DNA of 64,000 bases, taken from contig CAWJTV010000001.1 of the NCBI GenBank assembly GCA_963845755.1, positions 192,001-256,000 of the forward strand. Direction: 5' to 3'. Positions 34,826 through 46,724 of this stretch are shown piece by piece. The stretch is from an uncultured Planctomycetota bacterium (GTDB lineage Bacteria > Planctomycetota > Planctomycetia > Isosphaerales > Isosphaeraceae). The notes below the pieces were generated by a model that searched no databases, was not told the origin of the DNA, and saw only the letters and a program-made list of their open reading frames with translations. The position numbers were made by a program, and so were the translations under genes. Position 1 is the first letter of the stretch; every line of letters begins with the position of its first letter.

Positions 34826-36550
34826 CTAATGAGTGGTGTCGAGAGGACTGCTACCTGACACAACGCTCTTTGTGGTTTTGGCTTGCGACGACGAATCCGG
34901 CGCCTTGTGAACCTCCGTGGGTCCGGAGTTCGTCGGGCGATGCTCCGCGGATCCGCTCGCAACTTTCGGCTCGTTTTTGGCGGAAGCCAGCTCTACCGGG
35001 CCACCGTTGACCAGCAGCGTCAGGTCGCTCAGCAGGAGCACTTTCTCGGTGCCGTCGAAAGGCACCCAGCCCTCCTTGCCCTTAGCCGAGGGCGGGAGAA
35101 GGCGATTGGTAACCTCCATCCACTTGCCGTCACTGAGGCCCGTCTGGACCTCCACCCGCCGGGCGCGGCCGTCCTCGTAGAGCCAGCAAAAGGTCTTCTC
35201 GCCGACGTACATCAACGCCGAAATCCGAGCGTGATCGCGTTTACATCCTTGTATCTCACAAAACGTATTGTCGTCCAGGTGGATGGGCGCCGCCACCGGC
35301 AGCGCACGCACGCCCGGCCGCTCGATGATCACCTTGCCATAAGCGTACATCCCGGGCAGGAGCTGGATTCCGGTCTTGGACTTGTCGAAGGTCTCGATCT
35401 GGTGAGACCCGGTGTCTTTGTAGGGCTTGGGGACGTCGGAGTTGTACAGGTCGATCTCGGCACGGAGTGTCCGGGTCTTGTCATTCAAGGCCCAGGAGGT
35501 GCGGGTGACGGCGGCCGGGATCGGCTCGTCGCGAAACGCCTTGACCTGCACGCTGGCCTTGGTGCCGACCTGGACGTAGTCGGCATGCTGTTCCGGGACC
35601 TCGACGAAGATCCGGACGACATCGGTGCGGTCAACCACGTAGATCGGCGCGGCGGCGCCGCTGGGGGAGAGGAAGGGGGCATTCGGGTCGGCCGTGGGGT
35701 CGCCGGTCGTGGGCAGGACGAAGTCGAACGTGTTGGCATTGCGGGCCACGATCACCCCATCGAACGGGGCGGGAAGCGTGAGGTAGTCCACCCACGCCTG
35801 CAACCGTTTCTCCTCGCTTTTCGCCACTTCCAGATCGGCCTGGGCGACCCGGACGTCCACCTTGGCCTGGGAGAGCGCGGCCTGCCGGGAGAGCAGCTCG
35901 GCTTCCGCTTTCTTGACGGTCGCCTTCGCCGCGTCCCGCGACGCGAGGCTCGCCTTCCAGCGATTCTGGGCCTGGAGGAGGTCCTGGGGAGAGAGCACTC
36001 CGCGCTTGACCTCGTCTTCGAGCCGTTTGACCTCGGAATCCCAGCGGTTAACTTCCCGACGATAGCTGACGAGCTCAGCCTGAGCCTCCTCCAGGCGCGC
36101 CATGGCCGCCTCGACATCGGCCTGGGCCACCAACACCACCTTCTTGGCCAGTTCGACGCGTTCCTCGTCGAGTTTCACGGTGGCCTTCTTCGTGCCGTGT
36201 TCCTCGACCAGCTCGGGTACGAAGAGGTAGGCGAGCGGTTGGTCCTTCTTGACCGTGTCGCCGATGTCCACCTTCCACTGCTTGATGTAGGCGTTCATCT
36301 TCGGGTACACCGAGGAGCGCTCGTAAGCTTCGACGAAGCTCGGCTGCCCGACGATCCGAACGACCTTCCGGGGTTTCGCCTCGATCAACTGCACGATCGG
36401 GGGACTCGACACGCTCTTGTAGCGGCTCTCCTCCTCGTGGTGGCACCCCGGCGCCACCAGGGCGGCCAGGAGACCGAACCCCAACCAGGACGCCGGATGG
36501 CCGAGCTTCGCCGGACGATCCGGCGTGGTAGCTGAATCGAGACCACGCAT
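34826..36550 (-). CDS. RND efflux periplasmic adaptor MFP2 (predicted lipoprotein)
   Basis: Lipobox-like LVAPGC, VGQPSFVEAYER, LPAPFDGVIV and TRTLRAEIDL. Confidence 0.88.
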   Translation of the reverse strand: MRGLDSATTPDRPAKLGHPASWLGFGLLAALVAPGCHHEEESRYKSVSSPPIVQLIEAKPRKVVRIVGQPSFVEAYERSSVYPKMNAYIKQWKVDIGDTVKKDQPLAYLFVPELVEEHGTKKATVKLDEERVELAKKVVLVAQADVEAAMARLEEAQAELVSYRREVNRWDSEVKRLEDEVKRGVLSPQDLLQAQNRWKASLASRDAAKATVKKAEAELLSRQAALSQAKVDVRVAQADLEVAKSEEKRLQAWVDYLTLPAPFDGVIVARNANTFDFVLPTTGDPTADPNAPFLSPSGAAAPIYVVDRTDVVRIFVEVPEQHADYVQVGTKASVQVKAFRDEPIPAAVTRTSWALNDKTRTLRAEIDLYNSDVPKPYKDTGSHQIETFDKSKTGIQLLPGMYAYGKVIIERPGVRALPVAAPIHLDDNTFCEIQGCKRDHARISALMYVGEKTFCWLYEDGRARRVEVQTGLSDGKWMEVTNRLLPPSAKGKEGWVPFDGTEKVLLLSDLTLLVNGGPVELASAKNEPKVASGSAEHRPTNSGPTEVHKAPDSSSQAKTTKSVVSGSSPLDTTH

Positions 36551-36667
36551 GACAGCTCTTCCCTCAAGGTAGGCGCCGTGCCGGGCGCGGAATACGGAGA
36601 AGCCGGGAACCGCCCGACCACGTCGCGTGTTTGGCTGCATGTCGCCACCCTCCGGGGAGCGTCGATT

Positions 36668-37223
36668 CTATTCGGGAAGGTGCCACGACGATGCCGGCTC
36701 GAAGACCTCCACGTGATCGGACGCCTGGCGAGCGAGCAAGTTCCGGGCGCGATCGATGACCTCCGCGACGCCCCGAACCACGACGATGAACTTGCCGCCC
36801 TCGATCTGCGTCTCGTACTTGAGGGCGCGGTCCTTCGGGATGCCCCAGCCGACCAGCGCGCACCGCCAGGCTACCCAGTGCCGTCCCGGCGATCGCGCCT
36901 TCCATCCCCGCCAGCAGGGCCGCCGCCAGTGGGCCGGCGACGATCACCGGCCCCACTCCGGGTATGAGCATGACCCCCGCGCCAACCAGCAAGCCGAATA
37001 GGCCCCCGAACAACGCGCCGGTCGCCGCTCCGGCCTTGGCGTAGTCGGCGAGACTGACGAAGCCGACCGGCTCTTCTTTGACCTGAAAGTCACGGCCGAT
37101 GATCGAGAGATCGCCCTTGGCGAACCCCGCCTCGTGAAGCTGCTGGATCGCCTTCTCGGCCGCGGCGTGATCGGGATAGACCGCCACGATGCTCGAGCCG
37201 ACCGGAGCATCTATGTGACTCAT
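36668..37223 (-). CDS. General stress protein (DUF1269/YflT-like, glycine zipper); frameshift near 36860
   Basis: VAVYPDHAAAEKAI...LSIIGRD...GALFGGLFGLL...IPGVGPVIVAGPL|ALVGWGIPKDRALKYE. Confidence 0.8.
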
Positions 37224-37410
37224 GCTGCCTGCCTCCGGTGAGGATATCACGGTGACCTGGGACGCCCCTATTCCATCATTCATCAGGGATACCGGAAAGT
37301 CCAGCCAATCGTGCGACCGACCCCGACGCCACACTCCCGGCGCCGCCCTCGTGCCGAGCGGATCGGTGACACGGTGCGCCTTCGCCGGAGCACGACGGCC
37401 TGCCGGACCA

Positions 37411-38958
37411 TTACAGCTTGCTCTTGTCCCTGCCGATCGGCTGGTTCGACGCCTCCACGGGCCCGCCCCCGCCTTCGGTGTTCGCCGCCCGCGGCTTGGT
37501 GACGGCCGTCTCGCTCACCAGTCGCGTCCCCTCCAGGGCCGGGCCGACTGTCACGGAGGCGCCCTCGGCGAGGAGCGACAGGTCGCCCAGGATCACCTGC
37601 TCCTTGCCGTCGATCGGTACCCACGGCTCCGCCTCGCTTTCCGGCGATGGAAGCTGGCGACTGGTGACCTCGACCCACTCGCCATCGCTGGGCCCCGTCT
37701 GCAACTCTGTCCGAATCGCATGCCCGTTCTCGTGCGTCCAGCAATACGTCTTATCCTCGCTATAGGTTAGCGCGGACACCGGCAACGCGTGCACGTTCGG
37801 TCGCTCGATGATGACCTTGGCGTAGGCGTACATCCTGGGTAAGAGTTGGCTCCCGGGGTTCGGAATGTCGATCTCCGCACGCAGCGTGCGGCTCTTGGAG
37901 TTCAGCGCCCAGGATGTCCGGGTGACCTCCGCCGGGATCGGCTCGTCCCGGTATGCCTTGACCAGCACCGTCGCCTTGGTCCCGATGTGGACGTAGTTGG
38001 CGTCCTGCTCGGGAATGTCCACGAAGATCCGCACCACGTCGGTGCGATCGACGACGTAGATCGGCGCGGCGGCCCCACTGGGCGAGAGGTCGCGTGCACG
38101 GGGATCCTGGTGGTGGGCCGTGGGGTCGCCGTTACCGGGCAGGAGGAAGTCGAACGTATTGGCGTTGCGCACGGTGATCACGCCGTCGAATGGCGCCGTG
38201 AGCGTGAGATAGCCCACCCAGGCCTTCAGCCGACGCTCCTCGCTCTCGGCCACCTTCAGGTCGGCCTCGGCGACCTTGACGGCGACCTCGGCCTTGGCCA
38301 TCACGGCCTGCTTGGAGCGGAGTTCCGCGTCCGCCCGCTTGATCGTCGCCCTGGCCTTGTCCCGCGCCGCGATGCTCGACTCGAGCTGATTGGACGACTC
38401 GATCAGGACGTGGGAATGGACCACGTTGGTCTGCTGTTTGAGCCGCCTGACCTCCGAGTCCCAGCGGTCGACCTCGGCCTGGTACTTATTCAGGATTTCT
38501 TGGGCCTCCTTGAGGCGCGCCTCGGCCGCCGTGACATCCGCCGTGGCCACCCTGACCACCTCCTCGGCCAGGTCGATTCGCTCCTGGTCGAGCACGACGG
38601 ACGCCTTCTTCGTATCGTGGTCCTCTTCCAGCTCGGGCACGAAGAGATAAGCGAGGTGCTGGTCCTTCTTCACCTTGTCGCCGATGTCTACGAGCCACTT
38701 CTTGATGTAGGCGGTCGGCTTGGCATAGATCGAGGTCCGCTCATACGCTTCGATGAAACTCGGCTGGCCGACGACCCGGACGATCTTCCGGGTCTGCGGC
38801 CGGATCAAGTGCACGCTCGGAGGCTTCGTGTCGTTCGCGAATACGATCGGGGCCTCGTGGCCGCAGCCCGGCGCCATCAGGGCAGCCAGGAACCCGAACA
38901 CGAGCCAGCGACGGCCCGTGGAACGATCCATTAGCGAGGGCCGGGTAAGGCGGGGCAT
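37411..38958 (-). CDS. RND efflux periplasmic adaptor MFP3 (predicted lipoprotein)
   Basis: Lipobox-like LMAPGC. Close paralog of MFP1 with an intact frame. Confidence 0.88.
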   Translation of the reverse strand: MPRLTRPSLMDRSTGRRWLVFGFLAALMAPGCGHEAPIVFANDTKPPSVHLIRPQTRKIVRVVGQPSFIEAYERTSIYAKPTAYIKKWLVDIGDKVKKDQHLAYLFVPELEEDHDTKKASVVLDQERIDLAEEVVRVATADVTAAEARLKEAQEILNKYQAEVDRWDSEVRRLKQQTNVVHSHVLIESSNQLESSIAARDKARATIKRADAELRSKQAVMAKAEVAVKVAEADLKVAESEERRLKAWVGYLTLTAPFDGVITVRNANTFDFLLPGNGDPTAHHQDPRARDLSPSGAAAPIYVVDRTDVVRIFVDIPEQDANYVHIGTKATVLVKAYRDEPIPAEVTRTSWALNSKSRTLRAEIDIPNPGSQLLPRMYAYAKVIIERPNVHALPVSALTYSEDKTYCWTHENGHAIRTELQTGPSDGEWVEVTSRQLPSPESEAEPWVPIDGKEQVILGDLSLLAEGASVTVGPALEGTRLVSETAVTKPRAANTEGGGGPVEASNQPIGRDKSKL

Positions 38959-39121
38959 CAAGGATCTCCAGGTAAGGGGGCGAGGCCGACCGGCGACCGC
39001 CCCTGAGGTCTTTCCGAGTTCAAGGTCCAAGACGGATCTCCACACAAAGGGACGGTGCATAAGGAACTCCGCATGCATGAAGTACGGGTGCAGCGTCACG
39101 AAAGTTCGGCGGTTTTCCGGA

Positions 39122-42100
39122 TCAGGCCGACTCGCCGGGCATGGAGCCGGCATCCGCGTCGGGGCCGATCCCTTCGGCCTCCAGGCCGGGCACTCCGTGT
39201 GGAGGCACCTCGTGCGCGACGGCGTGGCCGGAATCGCCGTGGGTGGCGAAGACGTTCGGGTCGTAGTGTGCGCTCTCGGGGTCGTCCGGGTAGATCGACG
39301 GCGACCGGGCCACCTTCTTGCCGATCACCACCGCGAAGATCGACGGGACGACCAGCAGCGTGGCGAACGTGGACATCACCAGCCCGCCGATCACCGCCAG
39401 GCCCAGCGGGGCCTGCATCTGGCTCCCCCGCTCCAATGCCAGCGCCATCGGCACCATGCCCACCGTCATCGCACAGGCCGTCATCAAGATCGGCCGCAGC
39501 CGCTCGCTCGCCCCGATGATCGCCGCCTCGACCGACGGCACTCCTCGCTTCCAGTGCTCGTCGATGAACGTCACCAGCATGACCGAGTTCGACACCGAGA
39601 CGCCCAGGCACATGATCGAGCCCATGAACGACTCGATGTTGAGCGAGGTGCTGGTCGAGTAGAGGATCGCGGCGATGCCCGCCAGCACGCCCGGCACGGC
39701 GCCGACGGAGATCAGCGCCAGTCGAGGCGACTGGAAATAGGCGGTCAGGAGCACGAAGATCACGAACACGGCGACCGCCAGCCCGATCCCCAGCGACAGG
39801 AACATCTCGCGCATCGGCGGGAGCTGGCCCATGGTCTCCACGCGCACACCGCGGGGGGGCTCCCCGGCGGCCTCGATCGCCTTTGCGACCTGGCCGGAGG
39901 CCCGCCCCATGTCCTCTCCCTCAACGTTGGCCGTCAAGGTCAGATACGCGCTGCGACATATCGCGGTCGATCTCGCCGGGCCGCAGGCCCTTGCGAACCG
40001 TCGCCACGTCGCGGACCATCAGGTTGACCAGCGGGTTGACCGACTGGAGCGGCAGGATCTCCAGGTCTTCCGCCTTCTCCATCCGGAGCGGCGGGATCTG
40101 AATCTGCACCAGGTAATCGAATCCGGTCTTCACGTTGACCCAGTAGTTCAGGTTGAGGAAACGGGTCGACGAGGTCGCCATCACCAGCGGCATGCTTGAC
40201 GTTTTCGACCGTGGCATCGCTCAAACCCGCCTTCTCGCGATCGATGTTGACCTCGAGGGTGGGATAGTCGAGCGACTGTACGAAGGAGATGTCGCGAAGA
40301 TACTTGATGTTCCTCATCGCGGCCGCGATCTTCTCCGCATGCTGCCGGACCATCTTCAGGTCGGTGCCGACGATGCGGACCGCGATCGGCGTCGACGAGC
40401 CGAAGCTCATGACCGAGGTCACGATATCGCCCGGCTCGAACCCGAAGATCGACAGCTTGGCCTGCTCCTCCGCCTCGGACTTGGACAACCCTCCCTGCTC
40501 CAACCGCTGGGCCAGCCAGGGAATCACCCGCTCGCGGAAGACGCCCCGGAGCCGTTCGCGGAACTCGGCGAGCTTGATCCCGCTGCTTTCCTTCAGCGCA
40601 ACGCGCAACTGGCCGTCGTCGGGCCCGCGCATGAACAGCACCATGTTGTCGATGCCGAAGTTCGGGGCGACCTGCCCCACGTAGCCCATCGTGATCGCGA
40701 TGTTCTCGGTCTTGGCCTCGCGCTCGATCTCCTCGAGGCACTTGACTGCCAGTTGCCGCGTCAACTCGAAGTTGGCCCCCGGCGGCGGCCGGAACCGCAA
40801 GACGAACTGCCCGGAATCGATCTGGGGGAACAACTCGGTACCGACCTCCATCCCCAGGATTCCGAGGACGAGGCCGCACGCCCCGAGATAGATCGGCACG
40901 GTCAGCCAGCGCAGCCGGACGAACCAGTTCACCAGCTTGCCGTAAACCTTGAGCATCTTGCCGAACAGTCCCTTCTCCTCCTCCCCGCCATGCCCCCCGT
41001 GGTGCTTGAGCAGGGCCACGCACAGGATCGGCACCCAGGTGCTGGAGAGCAGGTACGACGCGATCATGGCGAACCCGACGCCCAGGGTCAGTGGCATGAA
41101 GAGCGACCGCAACGGATCGCCCATGATGAATGCCGGGATGAACACCGACAGGATGCAGACCAACGCCAGCAGTCGCGGCACCGCCGTGGCGTTGCTGGCG
41201 TGGAGCACCGCCGTGGCGACGTTCGACGTGTGCCCCATCTGCACGTGCACGTTCTCGATGGTCACCGTCGCCTCGTCCACCAGGATGCCAATGGCCAGCG
41301 CCATGCCGCCCAGCGACATGATGTTGATCGTGTTGCCGGTCATCCACAGCCCCACCAACGACCCCAGCAAGGCCAGCGGGATGTTGGATACCACCACGAT
41401 CACGCTCCTCAGGTCGCCCAGGAACAGCAAGATCATCAGACCGGTCAAGCCCGCACCGATCATCCCCTCGGTCGCCACGCTCTCGACCGCCGCCACCACT
41501 GTCGGCGACTCGTCGAACTCGAAGTTGATCGACACGTCCTTGGGGACCGCGTCCCGGAACATCTGCATCGACTTGTGCACGTCCGCCACCACGGTCAGGG
41601 TCGATCCCGTGTCTTTCTTGATGATCGGCAGATACACTGACTTCTTGCCGTTGACCAGTGCGTAGCCATACGTGATGTTGACGTCATCCAGGATGGTCGC
41701 CACGTCGCGGAGGTAGACGTTCATGCCCGTCTTGATCGGGATTTCCCCCATGTGCTGGATGTTGACGACCGTGGCGTTGTTCGCGACCACCGGCATCATG
41801 TCCTTGAGGTAGACGTTCCCCGCCGGAATGATCGTGTTCCCTTGCGCCAGCGCCTTGATGACGTCCTCGGGATCCAGGTGGTAGTCGACGAGCTTGTGCG
41901 GGTCGACGTTGATCACGATCGACCGCATGTTCGGCCCGAACGGCGAGATCGCCACCGTGCCGGGGACGTACTTCTGCACCAGCGGCCGGATGATGTTCTT
42001 GCGCCAGGTCGCCCATGGCCCCCAGCGACGTGATCTCGCTCTCGAACACCAGGTAGCCGACCGGGACGCTGCCGGTGTCCATCCGCATGATCATCGGCGG

Positions 42101-42472
42101 CAAGGTCCCCTTGGGCATCCACGACATCGCCCGGTCGGACATCGCCACCACCTGGGCCATCGCCTGGCCCATGTCGGTCCCCGGGAAGAACGACAGCTCG
42201 GTCAAGGCCACCTGCTGGATATTCCGCGTGTTGATATCTTGAATGCCGTCCACGTACTGGAAATACAGCTCGAGCTGATTGACGATGAACCCCTCCATCT
42301 GGTCGGGGCTCATGCCGATGTAATCGAGGAAGACGTAGATCTTCGGCACGTTCAGCGGCGGGAAGATGTCCACCCGCATCCGGGTGTAGGCCAGCGCGCC
42401 GCCGCTGATCAGGGCCACGACCAACATCAGGGTCGTGATCGGGCGCCGCATGGCGATGACGGTCGGATTCAT
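39122..42472 (-). CDS. RND efflux permease RND2; frameshifts near 41999, 40189 and 39947
   Basis: Four ORF pieces are collinear with RND1. Contains GILVDEATVTIEN and RLRPILMT. Confidence 0.9.
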
Positions 42473-42988
42473 GGATGGGACTCCCTACCGATGCGTGACA
42501 AGTCGGGCATCGAGACCTCGAGTGTAAGATCCGTTATCATCACAAGTGGTTCCGCATGTGACGAGTCTTTACGTTATCTCGGAATTCCATTGATAGGAAG
42601 TGTGGGGGTAAAATCGGTCATCGTGTGCGAGGTCTGTTCCGGCGACGTGCAGGTCTTTCCGGCTCGGGGTGGCCGATCGTGCCGTCGGCTATTGGGTGGA
42701 GAGAAGGAGAGCGTGGGACCCGTCGTTTTCGGACGAATCGATCGATCCATTCCTCGTCGCGAACCTCCTGGGCCCGCATCGGCCCGGCGAGAATCCTGCG
42801 AGAACGACCGCCGTTTGTGCCCGTAACAGCGACTCTCATCGCGGGGCATCCGAGCCCTTGCCCGTGGCAGCCGGGGTTCGTCCGTCGTGGCGACCGAGCC
42901 CTCGCTCGCGACATCAAGGCACGGCGACAGTTCGATCCGACACGCCATTCACACGGATCGCAATCCGCGCGCCACGGCGGAGGCCGAC

Positions 42989-43351
42989 TCAACAACGGAG
43001 CGGGTGGAACACCTGATCGAGGGTGGGGGTGGCAAGGATCCACGCCGGCCGGAAGGCGACGTCGGAGGGAGGGTCGAAATCGCACCAGCCGGGTCGGGTC
43101 GTCCCCTCCTGGTCCTCTTCGCCCTCGACGAGAAGGGCCTTGACCAGAATCGGTTGTGAAGCGGCCAGTGTCGCCGAGATGCCCGGCGAAGTCGTCCTGG
43201 GAATGGGATGGTTGTCGCGGTGGAACCCGAGGTAGGTCATGAGTCGAGCCGGCCTTGGCGGCCGGATTGGCGAGTTCATCACTCCCGCCAGCAGCGCCAG
43301 CACGGACGCGATCCGAATACCGTGGGTCAGGACGCTTCGGTTGGCCATCAC
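42989..43351 (-). CDS. Small PLRC-terminal putative leader protein 1
   Basis: 120 aa with a hydrophobic N-terminus, SPIR, and the ending FHPLRC*. Lies upstream of RND2. Confidence 0.65.
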   Translation of the reverse strand: MMANRSVLTHGIRIASVLALLAGVMNSPIRPPRPARLMTYLGFHRDNHPIPRTTSPGISATLAASQPILVKALLVEGEEDQEGTTRPGWCDFDPPSDVAFRPAWILATPTLDQVFHPLRC

Positions 43352-43384
43352 CCTATGAATCCGTGCCTATGTTAAGAAACCAAA

Positions 43385-43969
43385 TTAATTAGTAGTTTGG
43401 AGGAGAATCGTTGTCAAGCCCTGCCGCCGAAGCTTCTCGAACGAGCTGGGCCGGTATCTCCTCATGGGGACCAGCAAATTCGCCTCGCGGAGGTAGCGGC
43501 GGACCTGGGACGCTGAGATCGAAGGAACGATCCCTCGTTTGACGACTTCGGCGGCCAGACCATGGGCCGACCAGAGAGTGGTCTTCACGCCGGAATCCTC
43601 CGCGGATTCGCGTGCCACGGCCAGGATTCCCGCGATCTGTTCGCGTGTAAACTTGGGGCGAGCACCGCTGCGCGGCTTGTCAGTCAGGATCCGCTCGATA
43701 CTCTGCCTCAGATTGGCCTTCGCCTCGCTGCACTCGATGCCAACGAGGCGGTCCCACCCCCTGGCCCAGCGGCGGCGCCATCGCCCCACGAAGCGTTGCC
43801 CCAGGCCAACCTTCACCGCGATCTCGGTGTTCCGCCACCCATCGAACGCCAGGAGGATGATCGTGGCCCGTTGTCGCAAATGGTGAGACCCGCTGGCGGC
43901 GTCCCGGATCGCGAGGAGGACCTCGCATTGACGTTCGGTGAGGGTCACCTTAGCCGCCTTACCCGGCAT
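43385..43969 (-). mobile_element. IS630-family transposase N-terminal HTH gene without a DDE domain
   Basis: MPGKAAKVTLTERQ...RATIILLAFDG...DKPRSGARPKFT...WSAHGLAAE...SISASQVRRYL. No catalytic ORF follows. Confidence 0.8.
43389..43417 (-). promoter_or_regulatory. Sigma70-type promoter candidate for PLRC ORF 1
   Basis: TTGACA-N17-TACTAA on the minus strand; the -10 box is weak. Confidence 0.5.
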
Positions 43970-44535
43970 GGAAAAAAGCCTCCTGATGATTGGGGAGGGA
44001 GTGGAAGATCGTCAAGTCGAGCACGCTTTTCCGCCCCATGAGCCGTCAATTACGGTTTTTCGAACTCACACATCAGTGCATCGTCCGCATCCTGTTGCAA
44101 GAGTCAAATTAAACACGAATAATTAATTTTTAATCATGTGAGGCGTCACCGACGATGACTGCCGCGCACGATCTCGGCGTCGATCCTCAGTTCCAATCGA
44201 CGCCGGACCAATCGCGATCGACGATCGTCGGGCCGGAATCGATCTCGGGGGAATACCGATGCCGGAGGGACAGACCTTCACCCTCGGGCGAAGCTCCAGC
44301 CCGGAGCCCTTCTCGCCTCCCTAGGATTCGGCACCAAGGACAATGCCGTGATGGCCGGTTCCGCGGTCATTCTCCACCGGGGTACTGAAGGGGCGTTTTC
44401 TACGCCGTCCCAGCCCGACGGGCGGAAAGACCTGGCTCGGCGTGACGCACCTCGAAGAGGTGTCGGCCACAGGGTTTCGAGCCGCTGCGAAGCCGTGGCA
44501 TATTGCGAGCAAGGCGGAGAGGTCGCGCGGATCTC

Positions 44536-44886
44536 TCAACAACGCAGGGGCAGGTGTCTCGGCGATTCCTCTTGAAAGTTCGGATTCGCCGGGCGAGGGA
44601 GTTCGCGTCGAGAAGAAAAAGCGGGCCCTTTCGATCGGGGACGACGCGTCTCACGCCGAGGATTCCCGGTCGCCAGACGGATCATCAACTGATGGCGGGC
44701 CATCAGATCGCATTGGGTAATGGCCCGGACCCGCGAGACGGGGCAGGTGGCGAAATTCCTGCGGAGATAATTCGGGTGCGAGGTTCCCGTGACGGGTGAT
44801 CGGATGGGAGAAGTGAGGACCGACACCCAGAGGACCAGGGCCAAGGCGACGCGAGACCACAAGTCGATCTTCACGCTCGATCGCAT
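44536..44886 (-). CDS. Small PLRC-terminal putative leader protein 2
   Basis: 116 aa with VALALVLWVSVL-TSPIR near the N-terminus, ending HLPLRC*. Confidence 0.65.
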   Translation of the reverse strand: MRSSVKIDLWSRVALALVLWVSVLTSPIRSPVTGTSHPNYLRRNFATCPVSRVRAITQCDLMARHQLMIRLATGNPRRETRRPRSKGPAFSSRRELPRPANPNFQEESPRHLPLRC

Positions 44887-44931
44887 CGATAACCCCGGAT
44901 TTCAAAACGCAAAACCCCATTACTCCTCGTC

Positions 44932-44960
44932 AGAATACAGGAATCCGTCCGGATTGTCAA
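44932..44960 (-). promoter_or_regulatory. Sigma70-type promoter for PLRC ORF 2
   Basis: TTGACA-N17-TATTCT on the minus strand. Confidence 0.7.
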
Positions 44961-45204
44961 ATCCCTATCCATCTCGGGCGAATGGGGGAATGGGGGAGAG
45001 GATGCCTACCGGGTGAAGACGCATGCGGGCAGGGGATGTCCCCCCGACTCCCGAATTCCCGCCTCGCCGCGTTGGAGGTGGCGATGCTTGACCGCCTTCC
45101 GCAGACGGGCCTAAGATGATCGGACGTTGAGCGAGTCGGGCCCGAGTTTTGCGAAGATTATGGTCGGGGTTGAGAGTGGATCGCGAGTTTGACGGGGCAT
45201 CTTC

Positions 45205-46658
45205 ATGCGCGTCGTGGTCGATTACCAGGATGATAGCCTGGAGTTCGAACTCTCCGGTGAGCAATGCGTCGCCTCCTGGAACGGCCCGAGCGGCCTGGAT
45301 TCATGCGAGGACGTTGCGGCCCTTTGCGCGGCGCTGGAGGACCCTCGGGATTATCCGCCGTTGCGTCAGATTCTGGTGCCGGGCGATCGGATCGTCGTGG
45401 CCATCGATCCCACGATTCCGCGGCCGGCGATGATTCTTGATGCCCTCGGTCAGGTCTTCGATCGGGCAGGGGTCGGGCCGGAGAGCCTGACGGTGCTCGC
45501 CCCTGCGGACGCCGCGGCGATCCGGGAAAACGCGTCGGTCGGGAACCACCGGCTCCAGGTCCATGACCCGGACGACCGGGCTCAACTGGCTTACCTGGCC
45601 AGCACGAAGCAGGGGCGGCGGGTCTACCTGGACCGACTCCTGACCGATGCCGACGTGGTCGTGCCGGTCGGCCGACTCGGGTTCGACGGGGATCTGGAGT
45701 ATCGCGGGCCCTGGAGCGTCGTATTCCCGGGGCTGAGCGCTCGGGAGACCATCCGAGCGTTCCGCCAGGATCGGCCCGACCCGGCCGGGGACCCGCCGCG
45801 CGGGGCCGATCAGCCGGGATTGAATGAATCCCTCGAGGTGAGCTGGCTGCTGGGGACGCAGTTCCATATCGGGTTGCTGCCCGGCGCCGACGGTCTGCTC
45901 GAGGTCGTCGCCGGGCGGGACACGACGGTCCGCGACCGGGGGATCGAGGCGCTGGAACGCCACTGGACCTTCCGGCGCCGTCGCGGGCCGAGCTGGTCGT
46001 TGCCGGCGTCGGCCGCCCGGGGATCCCCGCCACGCTGGAGGACCTGGCCGGCGGAGTGACGACCGCGGCCCGACTGGTCCAGCATGGAGGTAAGATCATC
46101 CTCCTGTCCCGAGCCTCGGGACCGATCGGGCCCGCGCTCCGCAGGCTGATGGACGTCGACGACCCCAAGTCGGCCGTGGCGGCCCTCCGCGGGCAAGAAG
46201 CGGCCGAGGACTACCCGATCGCCCGCCAACTGGCTCGAGCGATGGCCTGGGCCGATCTTTTCGTCCATAGCGCCCTCGATCCTCAGATCGTCGAAGACCT
46301 CTCCATGGTCGCCCTGGAGCGTCCCGAGCAAGCCCGGCGACTGGTCGCCGGGAGCCGCTCCGCCTCCTTCGTGGGTCGTGCTGAACTGACACGCGCCGAG
46401 GTTGAACTCGGGACCGAATTACTGATCAATTGCGGGTGTAATCGCACGCCTGCAAAGTTGACGAAGATGCCTGATCGAGGCATAATAATTCAAGGATTTA
46501 TGCCCGCCATAACGATTGCAAGCTCAGGGGCCTCTTGCAACACGCAAGTGGACCATGATCTGCAATCGTGCATGCCTCGGAAAAGCGTCCCGTGCCGGAT
46601 TCTCCCTCGTGCCCGTCGGGACACGATCGTCCTGCGCGGATCGCCCCGATCCGGCTAG
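45205..46658 (+). CDS. LarA-like lactate racemase domain (DUF2088) protein; frameshift near 45975; 3' end uncertain
   Basis: ALEDPRDYPPL...PGDRIVVAID...VHDPDD...YLASTKQGRRVYL...DADVVVPVG...VQHGGKIILL. Confidence 0.7.
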
Positions 46659-46724
46659 GGCATGCTCCGGCGATCCGATCGGCCAAACTTGATACCCGAC
46701 ATCGAGCAGCGCGGGAGGAAAAGC

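Noticed and set aside
32430..42005. Identical frameshift (GCG CAA G AAC) at the homologous site of both RND genes, suggesting programmed frameshifting
   Set aside because: There is no slippery heptamer, and the extra base directly abuts GCGC like ten other indels. The two copies are identical over about 138 nt here, so a systematic error would recur in both.
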